Virus record (IMG/VR): IMGVR_UViG_3300021959_006017
Location: 172,752-236,751 of that record
Strand: one strand, 5' to 3'
Length of the DNA stretch: 64,000 nt
Position numbers and translations under genes: made by a program. How positions within the stretch are numbered: the first letter of the stretch is position 1; every line of letters begins with the position of its first letter. Below are positions 56,058 to 64,000 of this stretch, piece after piece. The notes under the pieces are model-generated. The model worked only from the letters and a program-made list of their open reading frames with translations, was not told the DNA's origin and ran no database searches.

Positions 56058-56437
56058 ACTGGAAAGAAACATATACTAAGGTATTTTTAAAAGAACTTGG
56101 CAAAAGTACAACAGATGCCAATGTAAAAGAGTATATGCCATTATGGTGGCAAAACACTAGAAACAAAGAAACAGGCGGTCTTCGACTTACAGATCGGGGA
56201 TACGAAGTGCTACAGCAAATAGAACTTGCTACATATGATATCCCTTACCCAAAGGATATGCCACTTACAACACAAGTTATAATATTTTTAGATCAGTTTA
56301 TTGATTGTCCATACTATCTTACAAACAGAAGTATTACAGTAACTAATGAAAGGAAAGCAGTTGAGCTTACTCTTTTTAGCGGTGATTTACGTAAATATGG
56401 GCTAACAAAAGCAATGAGCAGATCTAAAAAAGGTTGA
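56054..56437 (+). CDS. Hypothetical protein
   Basis: GGLRLTDRG; ATGA coupling. Confidence 0.65.
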   Translation: MNWKETYTKVFLKELGKSTTDANVKEYMPLWWQNTRNKETGGLRLTDRGYEVLQQIELATYDIPYPKDMPLTTQVIIFLDQFIDCPYYLTNRSITVTNERKAVELTLFSGDLRKYGLTKAMSRSKKG

Positions 56438-56472
56438 CTTATACCGTAGTTGTGTTATACTATATGTATAGT
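56434..56472 (+). promoter_or_regulatory. Sigma70 promoter with palindrome ACTATATGTATAGT
   Basis: TTGACT-N16-TATACT with TG extension. Confidence 0.7.
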
Positions 56473-56496
56473 TGAAAATGCAAGAGGGAATCAAAA

Positions 56497-57363
56497 ATGT
56501 ATACAACCATCCTAACAAGAGCAGAAGCTCTATTAGAGAAACGCGGTATTACCGGACATACAGCCGCGGATCGGTTTGTAAAAGACTTCAAAGCATATCT
56601 TGTCTATTATGATGCAACTGGTTTAGGTAATGCAGAAAACACTATTGATCTTTTAGAAGATGATAGCAATCTTACAGATAGTTCCATACTTAATAAAAAC
56701 TTTCGTTGTACATTAGACGACCTTATATCTCCAGCACTACGAAACGATAAAGTTTTTATGGAACTTTTTACTGTGTTAATGGATAACAACGGTAAAGGTG
56801 TAGGTGCTGGTGAACTTGCTCTTCCTTTGATTTTAGCAAACTATCGGTTTTCAAATGATTCAGACGGTGTATTTGATAGCGACAAAAAAGTTGAAATCAA
56901 AAAAGATGGTGCAAGTTTAAAGCCTGTTAAGACCGGACTTACTAAAAAGGGATTGGTAGACACTTTAAACAAAAAGTATTGGAGCGGTACAGTACCTGGT
57001 AAAAAGTCAAAGAAGCTATTTGGAGAGCACCAGAGCGCAGTTCACAATCCAGAACTATACGAAGATTACTTCAAAGAGTTATATGTAGATTGTGATATAA
57101 AAGAACTAGCAAAAGAAGTTATTAGCGGCGCATATAAAGATCCAGTAAAGTTTAATACAGCAGTTGGCAAGTTTGCGCTTCGCGAATACCAAAAAGTTGA
57201 TGGCTGGAATAACATTATTTACATTAACCAAGAAAATCGTAAAGTTGTAAACATTGCAGATCCGTCAAATATAGACGATTTAAACTTAAAATTTAGTCCT
57301 GTAATGCGTCGCGGTAACGATACACAAGCGATTGCAGATGGATATGTAAATGTTAGCATTTAG
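56497..57363 (+). CDS. Putative PD-(D/E)xK nuclease
   Basis: GVGAGEL...SDG...KVEIKK. Confidence 0.45.
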   Translation: MYTTILTRAEALLEKRGITGHTAADRFVKDFKAYLVYYDATGLGNAENTIDLLEDDSNLTDSSILNKNFRCTLDDLISPALRNDKVFMELFTVLMDNNGKGVGAGELALPLILANYRFSNDSDGVFDSDKKVEIKKDGASLKPVKTGLTKKGLVDTLNKKYWSGTVPGKKSKKLFGEHQSAVHNPELYEDYFKELYVDCDIKELAKEVISGAYKDPVKFNTAVGKFALREYQKVDGWNNIIYINQENRKVVNIADPSNIDDLNLKFSPVMRRGNDTQAIADGYVNVSI

Positions 57364-57366
57364 GGG

Positions 57367-57405
57367 TTGACAAACAATCTAATGATGCTATACTATATGT
57401 ATAGT
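57367..57405 (+). promoter_or_regulatory. Sigma70 promoter with the same palindrome ACTATATGTATAGT
   Basis: TTGACA-N16-TATACT with TG extension. Confidence 0.7.
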
Positions 57406-57442
57406 TAGAAATAAGCACTGATGACTAAGAAGGGTAATACAA

Positions 57443-58528
57443 ATGGAAAACTCAGCACTACGCACTGTAACGCCTAACAAGGCTAAGAAATCAATCCAAC
57501 GAGCTTTTGCTAAAAAGCGTCCTATCTTCCTTTGGGGACCTCCAGGCATTGGCAAATCAGATATTATTCACCAGATTGGTGATTATATGGATGCTCACGT
57601 TATTGACATTCGTTTGTCACTTTGGGAGCCAACAGATATTAAGGGTATTCCTTATTATGCGGCTAACGATAACAAAATGGTGTGGGCAGCTCCGTCAGAA
57701 CTGCCAGACGCAGAACTGGCTGCAAAACACAAATACGTTATTTTGTTCTTAGACGAAATGAACTCGGCAGCGCCAGCAGTACAAGCGGCAGCATACCAGT
57801 TGATTTTGAATCGTAAAGTAGGACAATATGTACTGCCAGACAATGTTCTTATTGTTGCGGCAGGTAACCGCGAAGCAGATAAAGGTGTTACATATCGTAT
57901 GCCTGCTCCGTTGGCAAACCGTTTTGTTCACTTGGAAATGGCAGTTGACTTTGACGACTGGTTCCAGTGGGCTGTTAACAACGATATTCACAAGGATGTT
58001 GTTGGTTACTTGACGTTTGCTAAGAAGGACTTGTATGACTTTGATCCTAAGTCACCGAGCCGTTCTTTTGCAACACCTCGTTCTTGGTCGTTTGTATCAG
58101 ACTTACTTGACGACGAAGGCGATGAAGAAACAACAACAGATCTTGTATCAGGTTCAGTTGGTGAAGGTTTGGCTGTCAAGTTCATGGCGCACCGTAAAGT
58201 TGCGTCAAAGATGCCCAACCCAACTGATATTTTGGCAGGTAAGGTCAAAGAGCTACAGAACAAAGAAATCAGTGCTATGTATTCCCTTACTGTTTCTCTT
58301 TGCTATGAGTTGAAAGAAGCATCAGACAAAAATGACAAAAAGTTTGATGACAAAGTCAACAACTTCCTGCGCTTTGCAATGGATAACTTTGATACTGAGT
58401 TAGTTGTTATGGGTATTAAACTCGCACTAACACAGTATGCATTGCCCATTGATCCAGACGAAGTGGAATGCTTTGATGAGTTCCACGATCGTTTTGGCAA
58501 ATACATTAAGGCTGCTCAATCAGTATAA
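57443..58528 (+). CDS. MoxR-like AAA+ ATPase
   Basis: GPPGIGKS, LFLDE, AAGN, LANRF, TPRSW. Confidence 0.88.
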   Translation: MENSALRTVTPNKAKKSIQRAFAKKRPIFLWGPPGIGKSDIIHQIGDYMDAHVIDIRLSLWEPTDIKGIPYYAANDNKMVWAAPSELPDAELAAKHKYVILFLDEMNSAAPAVQAAAYQLILNRKVGQYVLPDNVLIVAAGNREADKGVTYRMPAPLANRFVHLEMAVDFDDWFQWAVNNDIHKDVVGYLTFAKKDLYDFDPKSPSRSFATPRSWSFVSDLLDDEGDEETTTDLVSGSVGEGLAVKFMAHRKVASKMPNPTDILAGKVKELQNKEISAMYSLTVSLCYELKEASDKNDKKFDDKVNNFLRFAMDNFDTELVVMGIKLALTQYALPIDPDEVECFDEFHDRFGKYIKAAQSV

Positions 58529-58533
58529 TGTAC

Positions 58534-58570
58534 AAAAGAGTGGGTTCTTTTGAGCCCACTCTTTTTTTTT
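58534..58570 (+). terminator. Rho-independent (bidirectional-type) terminator
   Basis: AAAAGAGTGGGTTC-TTTT-GAGCCCACTCTTTTTTTTT. Confidence 0.9.
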
Positions 58571-58574
58571 ATGG

Positions 58575-58602
58575 TTGACAAATCCTGTAAATAATGTATA
58601 AT
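58575..58602 (+). promoter_or_regulatory. Sigma70 promoter
   Basis: TTGACA-N16-TATAAT; TAAATA in the spacer. Confidence 0.7.
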
Positions 58603-58635
58603 ATAAGTATAAAGTAAGATAGAGGACATAGCACA

Positions 58636-59937
58636 ATGAGCGATATGAGTAAAACAAGTTGGACTCCAGACCCCAACATTACTCCTGAACAACTTGACGA
58701 AATGCGTGTAGAAGTACTTGACCGCATTATTGTTGCACGAGTAGGTTTGCTACTACGTCATCCTTTCTTCGGTAACATGGCAACACGACTGCGTATTTTA
58801 TCTGCAGACGACTGGTGCCCTACTGCCGCTGTAGACGGACGTAACCTTTATTTCAACACACAGTTTTTTAATGCAATGTCAAACAAAGAAATCGAGTTTG
58901 TTATTGCACACGAAATCCTGCACTGCGTATTTGACCACTTAGATCGTAGAGAAGACCGTGATCCTATGATCTTCAACATTAGTGCAGACTATATTGTAAA
59001 CAACACACTAGTACGTGATCGTATTGGCGAAATGCCCAAACTAGTAAATTGTTTCCAAGACTTTAAATACGAAGGTTGGACTTCAGAAGAAGTTTACGAT
59101 GACATCTTTAAAAAATATGATGAAGAACAACTTAAACAACTAGGCGAACTGCTTGATGAGCATCTTGACTGGGGTGATGATGGTGATGGTAACGAAGGCG
59201 GTAGCGAAGGCCAAGAAGGCGAAGATTCAAACGGTAACAAAACTAGCAAGAAGCGTCCTAGTTATTCTAAAGAAGATTTACGCAAGATTCGCGATGAAGT
59301 AAAAGAAAGTATGCTTAGTGCCGCACAATCGGCAGGCGCAGGTAACGTTCCTGCAGGTGTTGAGCGCATGATTAAAGAGCTTACAGAACCTAAAATGAAC
59401 TGGCGTGAAATACTACGTCAACAAATCCAATCAACAATCCGTAACGACTTTACATTTAGTCGTCCATCACGCAAAGGCTGGCACACTGGTGCTATTTTGC
59501 CTGGTATGAACTTTGACACAACTATTGATATTTGTGTTGCACTTGATATGAGTGGTAGTATTGGTAACCCGCAGGCTGCTGACTTCTTAGGTGAAATCAA
59601 AGGCATTATGGACGAGTTTAAAGACTACAATATCAAGATTTGGTGTTTTGATACTAAAGTTTATAACGAGCAAGACTTTAGTGCAGACGGCGGTGAAGAT
59701 CTTATGGACTACGAAATCATGGGCGGTGGCGGCACCGACTTTATGGCTAACTGGCACTACATGAAAGAAAACGATATTGTTCCTAAAAAGTTCATTATGT
59801 TCACAGACGGCTATGCTTGGGATAGTTGGGGTGAAGATGATTACTGTGAAACAATCTTTGTTATTCACTCACACCATGACAAAAATGTACAGGCACCATT
59901 TGGTATAACTGCACACTACGAAGAAAATGTTGCATAA
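58636..59937 (+). CDS. HExxH metallopeptidase-like plus VWA domain protein (DUF2201-like)
   Basis: AHEILH; DMSGS MIDAS motif; GGGGTDF; FTDG. Confidence 0.85.
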   Translation: MSDMSKTSWTPDPNITPEQLDEMRVEVLDRIIVARVGLLLRHPFFGNMATRLRILSADDWCPTAAVDGRNLYFNTQFFNAMSNKEIEFVIAHEILHCVFDHLDRREDRDPMIFNISADYIVNNTLVRDRIGEMPKLVNCFQDFKYEGWTSEEVYDDIFKKYDEEQLKQLGELLDEHLDWGDDGDGNEGGSEGQEGEDSNGNKTSKKRPSYSKEDLRKIRDEVKESMLSAAQSAGAGNVPAGVERMIKELTEPKMNWREILRQQIQSTIRNDFTFSRPSRKGWHTGAILPGMNFDTTIDICVALDMSGSIGNPQAADFLGEIKGIMDEFKDYNIKIWCFDTKVYNEQDFSADGGEDLMDYEIMGGGGTDFMANWHYMKENDIVPKKFIMFTDGYAWDSWGEDDYCETIFVIHSHHDKNVQAPFGITAHYEENVA

Positions 59938-60208
59938 GAAAGAACCAAATCCTTTAAATGTATTCAAAGTGAGGCAAGTAAAGTCTGCTCCGCCTCACTT
60001 TGACTATATAAACCTACCACAAAAATACAACTTAGAAGAAAGTCTAGCTAAATGGATTAAAAAGAACTGCAAACACAGATTCTATTTAGGTAAAAATATT
60101 GTATTAGACAATGAAAGAAAGATGGTAAATGTTCTTACTGTAGGGTTTGAACAAAACAAAGACATGAGTTATTTCATGTTGGCTTGTCCACATTTGAAAT
60201 ATAATTAA
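59927..60208 (+). CDS. Hypothetical protein
   Basis: VGFE...YFML. Confidence 0.6.
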   Translation: MLHKKEPNPLNVFKVRQVKSAPPHFDYINLPQKYNLEESLAKWIKKNCKHRFYLGKNIVLDNERKMVNVLTVGFEQNKDMSYFMLACPHLKYN

Positions 60209-60245
60209 ATAAAGTACGCATATATATTAGTAAGGAGTTAAAAAT

Positions 60246-60494
60246 ATGAGCGACGAAAAGAAAGTTTCTGAAACAACTGCGCCAGAAGCGGCAACAGAAG
60301 CACCTGCGGTACCGCAACAACAAGGTCCAGATTTAACTGTACAAGATTTGCAAAATCTTAAAAGTATTATCGATGTTGCAAGTCAGCGCGGCGCATTTAA
60401 GCCAAATGAAATGATGACAGTTGGTCAGACATATTCAAAACTAGAAATGTTCTTAGAAGCAGTATCTAAGGCACAACCACAACAAGGAGCATAA
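60246..60494 (+). CDS. Hypothetical protein
   Basis: SD AAGGAG; IIDVASQRGAFK. Confidence 0.65.
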   Translation: MSDEKKVSETTAPEAATEAPAVPQQQGPDLTVQDLQNLKSIIDVASQRGAFKPNEMMTVGQTYSKLEMFLEAVSKAQPQQGA

Positions 60495-60495
60495 A

Positions 60496-61110
60496 ATGGC
60501 ATTTAAACATGTAGGCAGAATTGCCTCAAACAGAAGAAAGGTTGTTGTAGCATACAGAGTAGTTCCGGATGAACCAGAAAACTGTGTTGTTGTACAAACA
60601 GAAAACCTTTCTGCAGACGAGCATGATGCACTTATTAAAGCAGTCGAATCAGCTGCTGGACAAGAAGCAGAAGAGTTTGCGGTAGCAATGGCTCGTGCAT
60701 ATCTTCCAGACGGGCGTAATATGCTTGCTGGATTCCATACTACAGGAAAGATGCGCAAAGTACCGTCAGCAGACATTGAAATGACACCAAACGGTAACAC
60801 TACAATTAATCTTGCAGAGCTTAACAAGATGATTGCAGAGCAAAAAGGTGTCACGGTAGGCGATCTTGCAATGCGTACAACACCAGCAACTGATACTCCT
60901 GTAGAAACAGAAGTAGATCCTGTTGCACAGTATACAACAGAGGCTACACCAGCACCTGCTACAGATGGCGTACTTACTGACGAACAACTAGCGGCACAAT
61001 ATCGGTCACAAGCTGATGCTTTATTTAAAGAAGCAAAGGCTCTAAGAGAACAAGCAGAAGAACTCGTTCCTACTAAGAGAAAAAAGAAGACCGAAGAAAG
61101 TGTCCAGTAA
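60496..61110 (+). CDS. Hypothetical protein
   Basis: SD AAGGAG; MAFKHVGR. Confidence 0.65.
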   Translation: MAFKHVGRIASNRRKVVVAYRVVPDEPENCVVVQTENLSADEHDALIKAVESAAGQEAEEFAVAMARAYLPDGRNMLAGFHTTGKMRKVPSADIEMTPNGNTTINLAELNKMIAEQKGVTVGDLAMRTTPATDTPVETEVDPVAQYTTEATPAPATDGVLTDEQLAAQYRSQADALFKEAKALREQAEELVPTKRKKKTEESVQ

Positions 61111-61411
61111 TGGTAAACTACCTCCCGACGTAGTAAGACACTGGCCTGAAATATTTAGTGATGTTGAAATACAGACTATTCCTGTACAATATCTAGTGTC
61201 TATACGTGTGGAATTTAATGACGGTAAAATATGGGAAATAGATTTAGATCGCACTAAGTTAACAGGCGATGAAACTGTAGAAGACAGTTTAACATCGTTT
61301 TTTGACGAATATAGCGAGTCTATTTCCAATATTGACTTTCGCTTGGACACCCAAAAAGTCATCAAAGATGTTAAAGAACGTACTAGACTATTTATGAAAA
61401 AACGTAAATAG
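61100..61411 (+). CDS. Hypothetical protein
   Basis: GTG start; HWPEIF. Confidence 0.6.
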   Translation: MSSNGKLPPDVVRHWPEIFSDVEIQTIPVQYLVSIRVEFNDGKIWEIDLDRTKLTGDETVEDSLTSFFDEYSESISNIDFRLDTQKVIKDVKERTRLFMKKRK

Positions 61412-61420
61412 TCAATATGA

Positions 61421-61428
61421 GATAAATA
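61421..61428 (+). promoter_or_regulatory. Late-type promoter GATAAATA
   Basis: Intergenic octamer before the fibre gene. Confidence 0.65.
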
Positions 61429-61458
61429 TATATAAGAGAATATTCTAGGAGTATTATA

Positions 61459-62679
61459 ATGGCTTTACGTCTAAGACGCGGTACAGACGCACAACGACAA
61501 CTTATAACGCCGAGCGAGGGCGAGTTAATCTATGTTACAGACACCACAGAACTATATGTAGGTGATGGAACCACATTAGGTGGTATTAGAATATCAGGAG
61601 AAGTTGTTGATACACTTAATCAACTAGATGACGTTGATGCCGCATTACCGCAAGACGGTGACGTTCTAGTTTACGATAGTGCAACAGGCGATTGGGTAGC
61701 AGGTGAGCTTCCATTAGGTGATTTATCAGACGTAGAAGTTAGCGGAGTACTAGACGGACAAGTTCTTGCATTTGATGCAGCAACTACTTCTTGGGTTCCT
61801 GCAAACAATGTAGGAGGTGGAGATACTACCTTTAGCGGTGATTTAGTAGGTAGTGTATTTGCAGACGATTCTACTATAATGGTAGATGCAGTATCTGCTC
61901 GATTCTTCGGAAGACTCGAAGGCACTACAGTCGGACAACATATTGGTAATGTAGACGGAGATCTTTCAGGTAATGTTAATGGTACAGTATTTGGAGAACT
62001 TTCGGGGTCTGTATTCGGCGATGATTCAAGTTTAATCGTAGATGGACCAACAGGATTTATAAATTCTCGTAAAATAGATGCAGGAGCATCTAGATTACAC
62101 CTACAAGGTGATACTTTGGGTATTGTTGCAAATGACGGAAATACTGTACAGATTGGCGGAACAGACTACGACGGAACATTCAAAAATAATACTTTAAGCA
62201 TAGCTAGAAATGGAACTAGTGGCATTGCTTTTAGTATAGAAACATATCACGAAAGTGATAATGTTGCTGATTTTAGAAGTGTTAAATATAGAGGAACAAC
62301 TAGTGCTCCTGCAACATATCAAAACGGTGACAGATTACTAGAGTTTGTAGCTTCAGGCTACGATGGTTCAACCATTTCAGACGGCGGATTTATTAAATTT
62401 ATTGCAGATGGTTCAGCAGCAAATAGTTTAATACCAGCTAAAGTTCAACTTCAAGTTCCAAACGCCACAGCAACTGCCGGTATTACATATGAAGGTAACA
62501 AATACGGCACATGGTCTGCTTCACAGTTAATGTTAACTCCTTTAGATGCAGAACCAACAGACGTTGCAGAAGGAATGATTGCTGTTGCTGATAGAGCAAC
62601 TTGGGATCCTGCTGCAAAAGGTTCGGGCGGAAGTTATGTTGTTTATTACGACGGTTCAGCTTGGAACGCAATGTCCTAA
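61459..62679 (+). CDS. Tail fibre-like virion protein
   Basis: MALRLRRGT...GELIYVTDT N-terminus; LSDV repeats; GSVFxDDS repeats; shared C-terminal domain. Confidence 0.75.
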   Translation: MALRLRRGTDAQRQLITPSEGELIYVTDTTELYVGDGTTLGGIRISGEVVDTLNQLDDVDAALPQDGDVLVYDSATGDWVAGELPLGDLSDVEVSGVLDGQVLAFDAATTSWVPANNVGGGDTTFSGDLVGSVFADDSTIMVDAVSARFFGRLEGTTVGQHIGNVDGDLSGNVNGTVFGELSGSVFGDDSSLIVDGPTGFINSRKIDAGASRLHLQGDTLGIVANDGNTVQIGGTDYDGTFKNNTLSIARNGTSGIAFSIETYHESDNVADFRSVKYRGTTSAPATYQNGDRLLEFVASGYDGSTISDGGFIKFIADGSAANSLIPAKVQLQVPNATATAGITYEGNKYGTWSASQLMLTPLDAEPTDVAEGMIAVADRATWDPAAKGSGGSYVVYYDGSAWNAMS

Positions 62680-62698
62680 TACTTAAATAAGTATTTTA

Positions 62699-63652
62699 AT
62701 GAAATATGTAAATCTTCCAGAACACATATGGTGGTCTGTTAATAATGTTCCATATGCAAACTTTAAGAGTTTTTTAGATAAATCAGAAAAACTAGAAAAG
62801 TTTGATTATCAAATATTAAATAATATTTCTATTGAATCTAAATCCTTTAGAGAAGAATGCATCAGTGCTGCATCTCTTCTTCCAGATCTACATCTAGCAA
62901 TACCTGTAAGCGGAAGTGATAGTGAAATAGTAGCACGTTCTGCTCATGCTAACGGAAAAAAGGCTACTATATATTACGAAGACTATCCTTGGGCTGATTC
63001 TAGTTATAAAGAAAAAAGTATGAAACTAGCATATGATCTTGGTTATGATTGGATTGGGTTCGAAGCCGACTACGACGAATGCTTAGAACGAATGAAATAT
63101 TACAGTGTAAAACTAGGTAATATGAGTAGAGGGTTCCTTATTAGCATGGGTATGTTTGATAAGATTCCAAATGAGCAGTTTATTGTAGGAGGACTAGGCG
63201 AACTTGAAAAAGATGGCTGGATATATCGTAAAACTATAGAAAACTGTATAGGTGAAGACTGGGACAAAGAAGTAGTTATACCGTGTCCTCCTACAGAAAT
63301 GATTTGGTGGTTATACGGTGAAGAAACAGGAAAACAAGGTATGTGGACTTTTTTTAATAGCACCCTACCTTTAATAAAAAGTCAAGCAACACACCCTTTG
63401 CTAAGTTATGGTAAACAAAACAAAGGAGTGTGTAATACTATTGCTTTAAAAAACAGCGAATGGCCTGAACTTATATTCAAATCAAAAACAGATCATTTTC
63501 ATCCATCAGATGATTTTTATTTAGAAATTTATTATAAAATGGAGGAAAATATGTATAAACATTATCCTCGAGAGTTGTTTAGTTTAGTTAAGAATGGATT
63601 TTGTGGATTTGTTAATTACACAAAAATATTTGACACTTCCTCAGTTTTATAG
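62699..63652 (+). CDS. Hypothetical protein, possible degenerate PP-loop fold
   Basis: IPVSGSDSEIV resembles SGGxDS. Confidence 0.5.
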   Translation: MKYVNLPEHIWWSVNNVPYANFKSFLDKSEKLEKFDYQILNNISIESKSFREECISAASLLPDLHLAIPVSGSDSEIVARSAHANGKKATIYYEDYPWADSSYKEKSMKLAYDLGYDWIGFEADYDECLERMKYYSVKLGNMSRGFLISMGMFDKIPNEQFIVGGLGELEKDGWIYRKTIENCIGEDWDKEVVIPCPPTEMIWWLYGEETGKQGMWTFFNSTLPLIKSQATHPLLSYGKQNKGVCNTIALKNSEWPELIFKSKTDHFHPSDDFYLEIYYKMEENMYKHYPRELFSLVKNGFCGFVNYTKIFDTSSVL

Positions 63653-63658
63653 TATAAT
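63630..63658 (+). promoter_or_regulatory. Sigma70 promoter, 6 nt before ATG
   Basis: TTGACA-N17-TATAAT-AGTAAT-ATG. Confidence 0.75.
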
Positions 63659-63664
63659 AGTAAT

Positions 63665-64000
63665 ATGTTAGAAGTTCTACTTATTATTGTTCTAGGAGTA
63701 TTATGGGGATTGGTTTTTGGTGTGATTCCAACAGCAGGTCCTACCACAGCACTTCTAACATCATATGCTTTCTTTCCATTGTTCTATGACAATCCTTATC
63801 TAGGTGTTGCATTTTATACAGCAATGATAGCAGCCTGTACCACAGGTGATACATGGAGTAGTATCTTACTCGGCATACCTGGGTCAAGTTCAAGCGCCGC
63901 AACTATTGTGGACGGATATCCTTTGGCACAAAAAGGCAAAGCTACAATGGCTCTGAGTGCAGCTTTTACCAGCAGTACATTTAGTGGCTTGTTGTTTGGT
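63665..64000 (+). CDS. tctA: TctA tripartite tricarboxylate transporter permease, 3'-partial
   Basis: Manual translation: GLVFGVIPTAG...SILLGIPGSSSSAATIVDGYPLAQKGKA. Confidence 0.85.
   Translation, partial: MLEVLLIIVLGVLWGLVFGVIPTAGPTTALLTSYAFFPLFYDNPYLGVAFYTAMIAACTTGDTWSSILLGIPGSSSSAATIVDGYPLAQKGKATMALSAAFTSSTFSGLLFG

Noticed and set aside
62699-63652. Possible QueC substitute (SGSDS motif)
   Set aside because: PP-loop is degenerate, the QueC Cys/Zn motif is absent, and it lies 10 kb from the locus
1-64000. tRNA, rRNA, CRISPR, integrase/transposase, stop-codon recoding
   Set aside because: Intergenic gaps are short with no cloverleaf or repeat-spacer pattern seen by eye; genes are intact in the standard code. 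tRNAscan/Infernal were not run

Overview
This window is a 64-kb segment of a large, AT-rich, T4-like (myovirus) phage genome, probably marine and probably infecting an alphaproteobacterium (inferred from host-like ferredoxin, BI-1/YccA, ClpA and TctA genes). Nearly all genes are on the + strand; only phoH and one orphan are on the - strand. Gene order: virion/baseplate/fibre genes including a subtilisin (1-10.1 kb); accessory, replication and nucleotide genes (dnaE fragment, GroES-like, MazG-like, clamp loader, 2OG-Fe oxygenases, ferredoxin, DHFR, ThyA, PhoH); a lysis cassette (GH19 endolysin, spanins, holin candidates); DnaJ and ClpA; an 8-kb array of Lys/Glu-rich proteins (27.4-35.6 kb) that read as capsid-targeted, protease-processed modular polyproteins carrying enzyme domains; family-B DNA polymerase; NDP-sugar genes; sliding clamp; a 7-deazaguanine modification locus (TGT/DpdA-like, QueD, FolE, QueE, no QueC in the window) with an embedded glycosyltransferase and restriction-like nuclease; repair genes; an AAA+/VWA pair; a fibre paralogue; and a partial TctA. 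Two promoter classes are visible (sigma70 TTGACA-N16/17-TATAAT and late-type GATAAATA), along with several apparently leaderless mRNAs and structured 5' leaders. No tRNA, rRNA, CRISPR array or integrase/transposase was recognised. All product calls come from motif recognition by eye, with no database searches.
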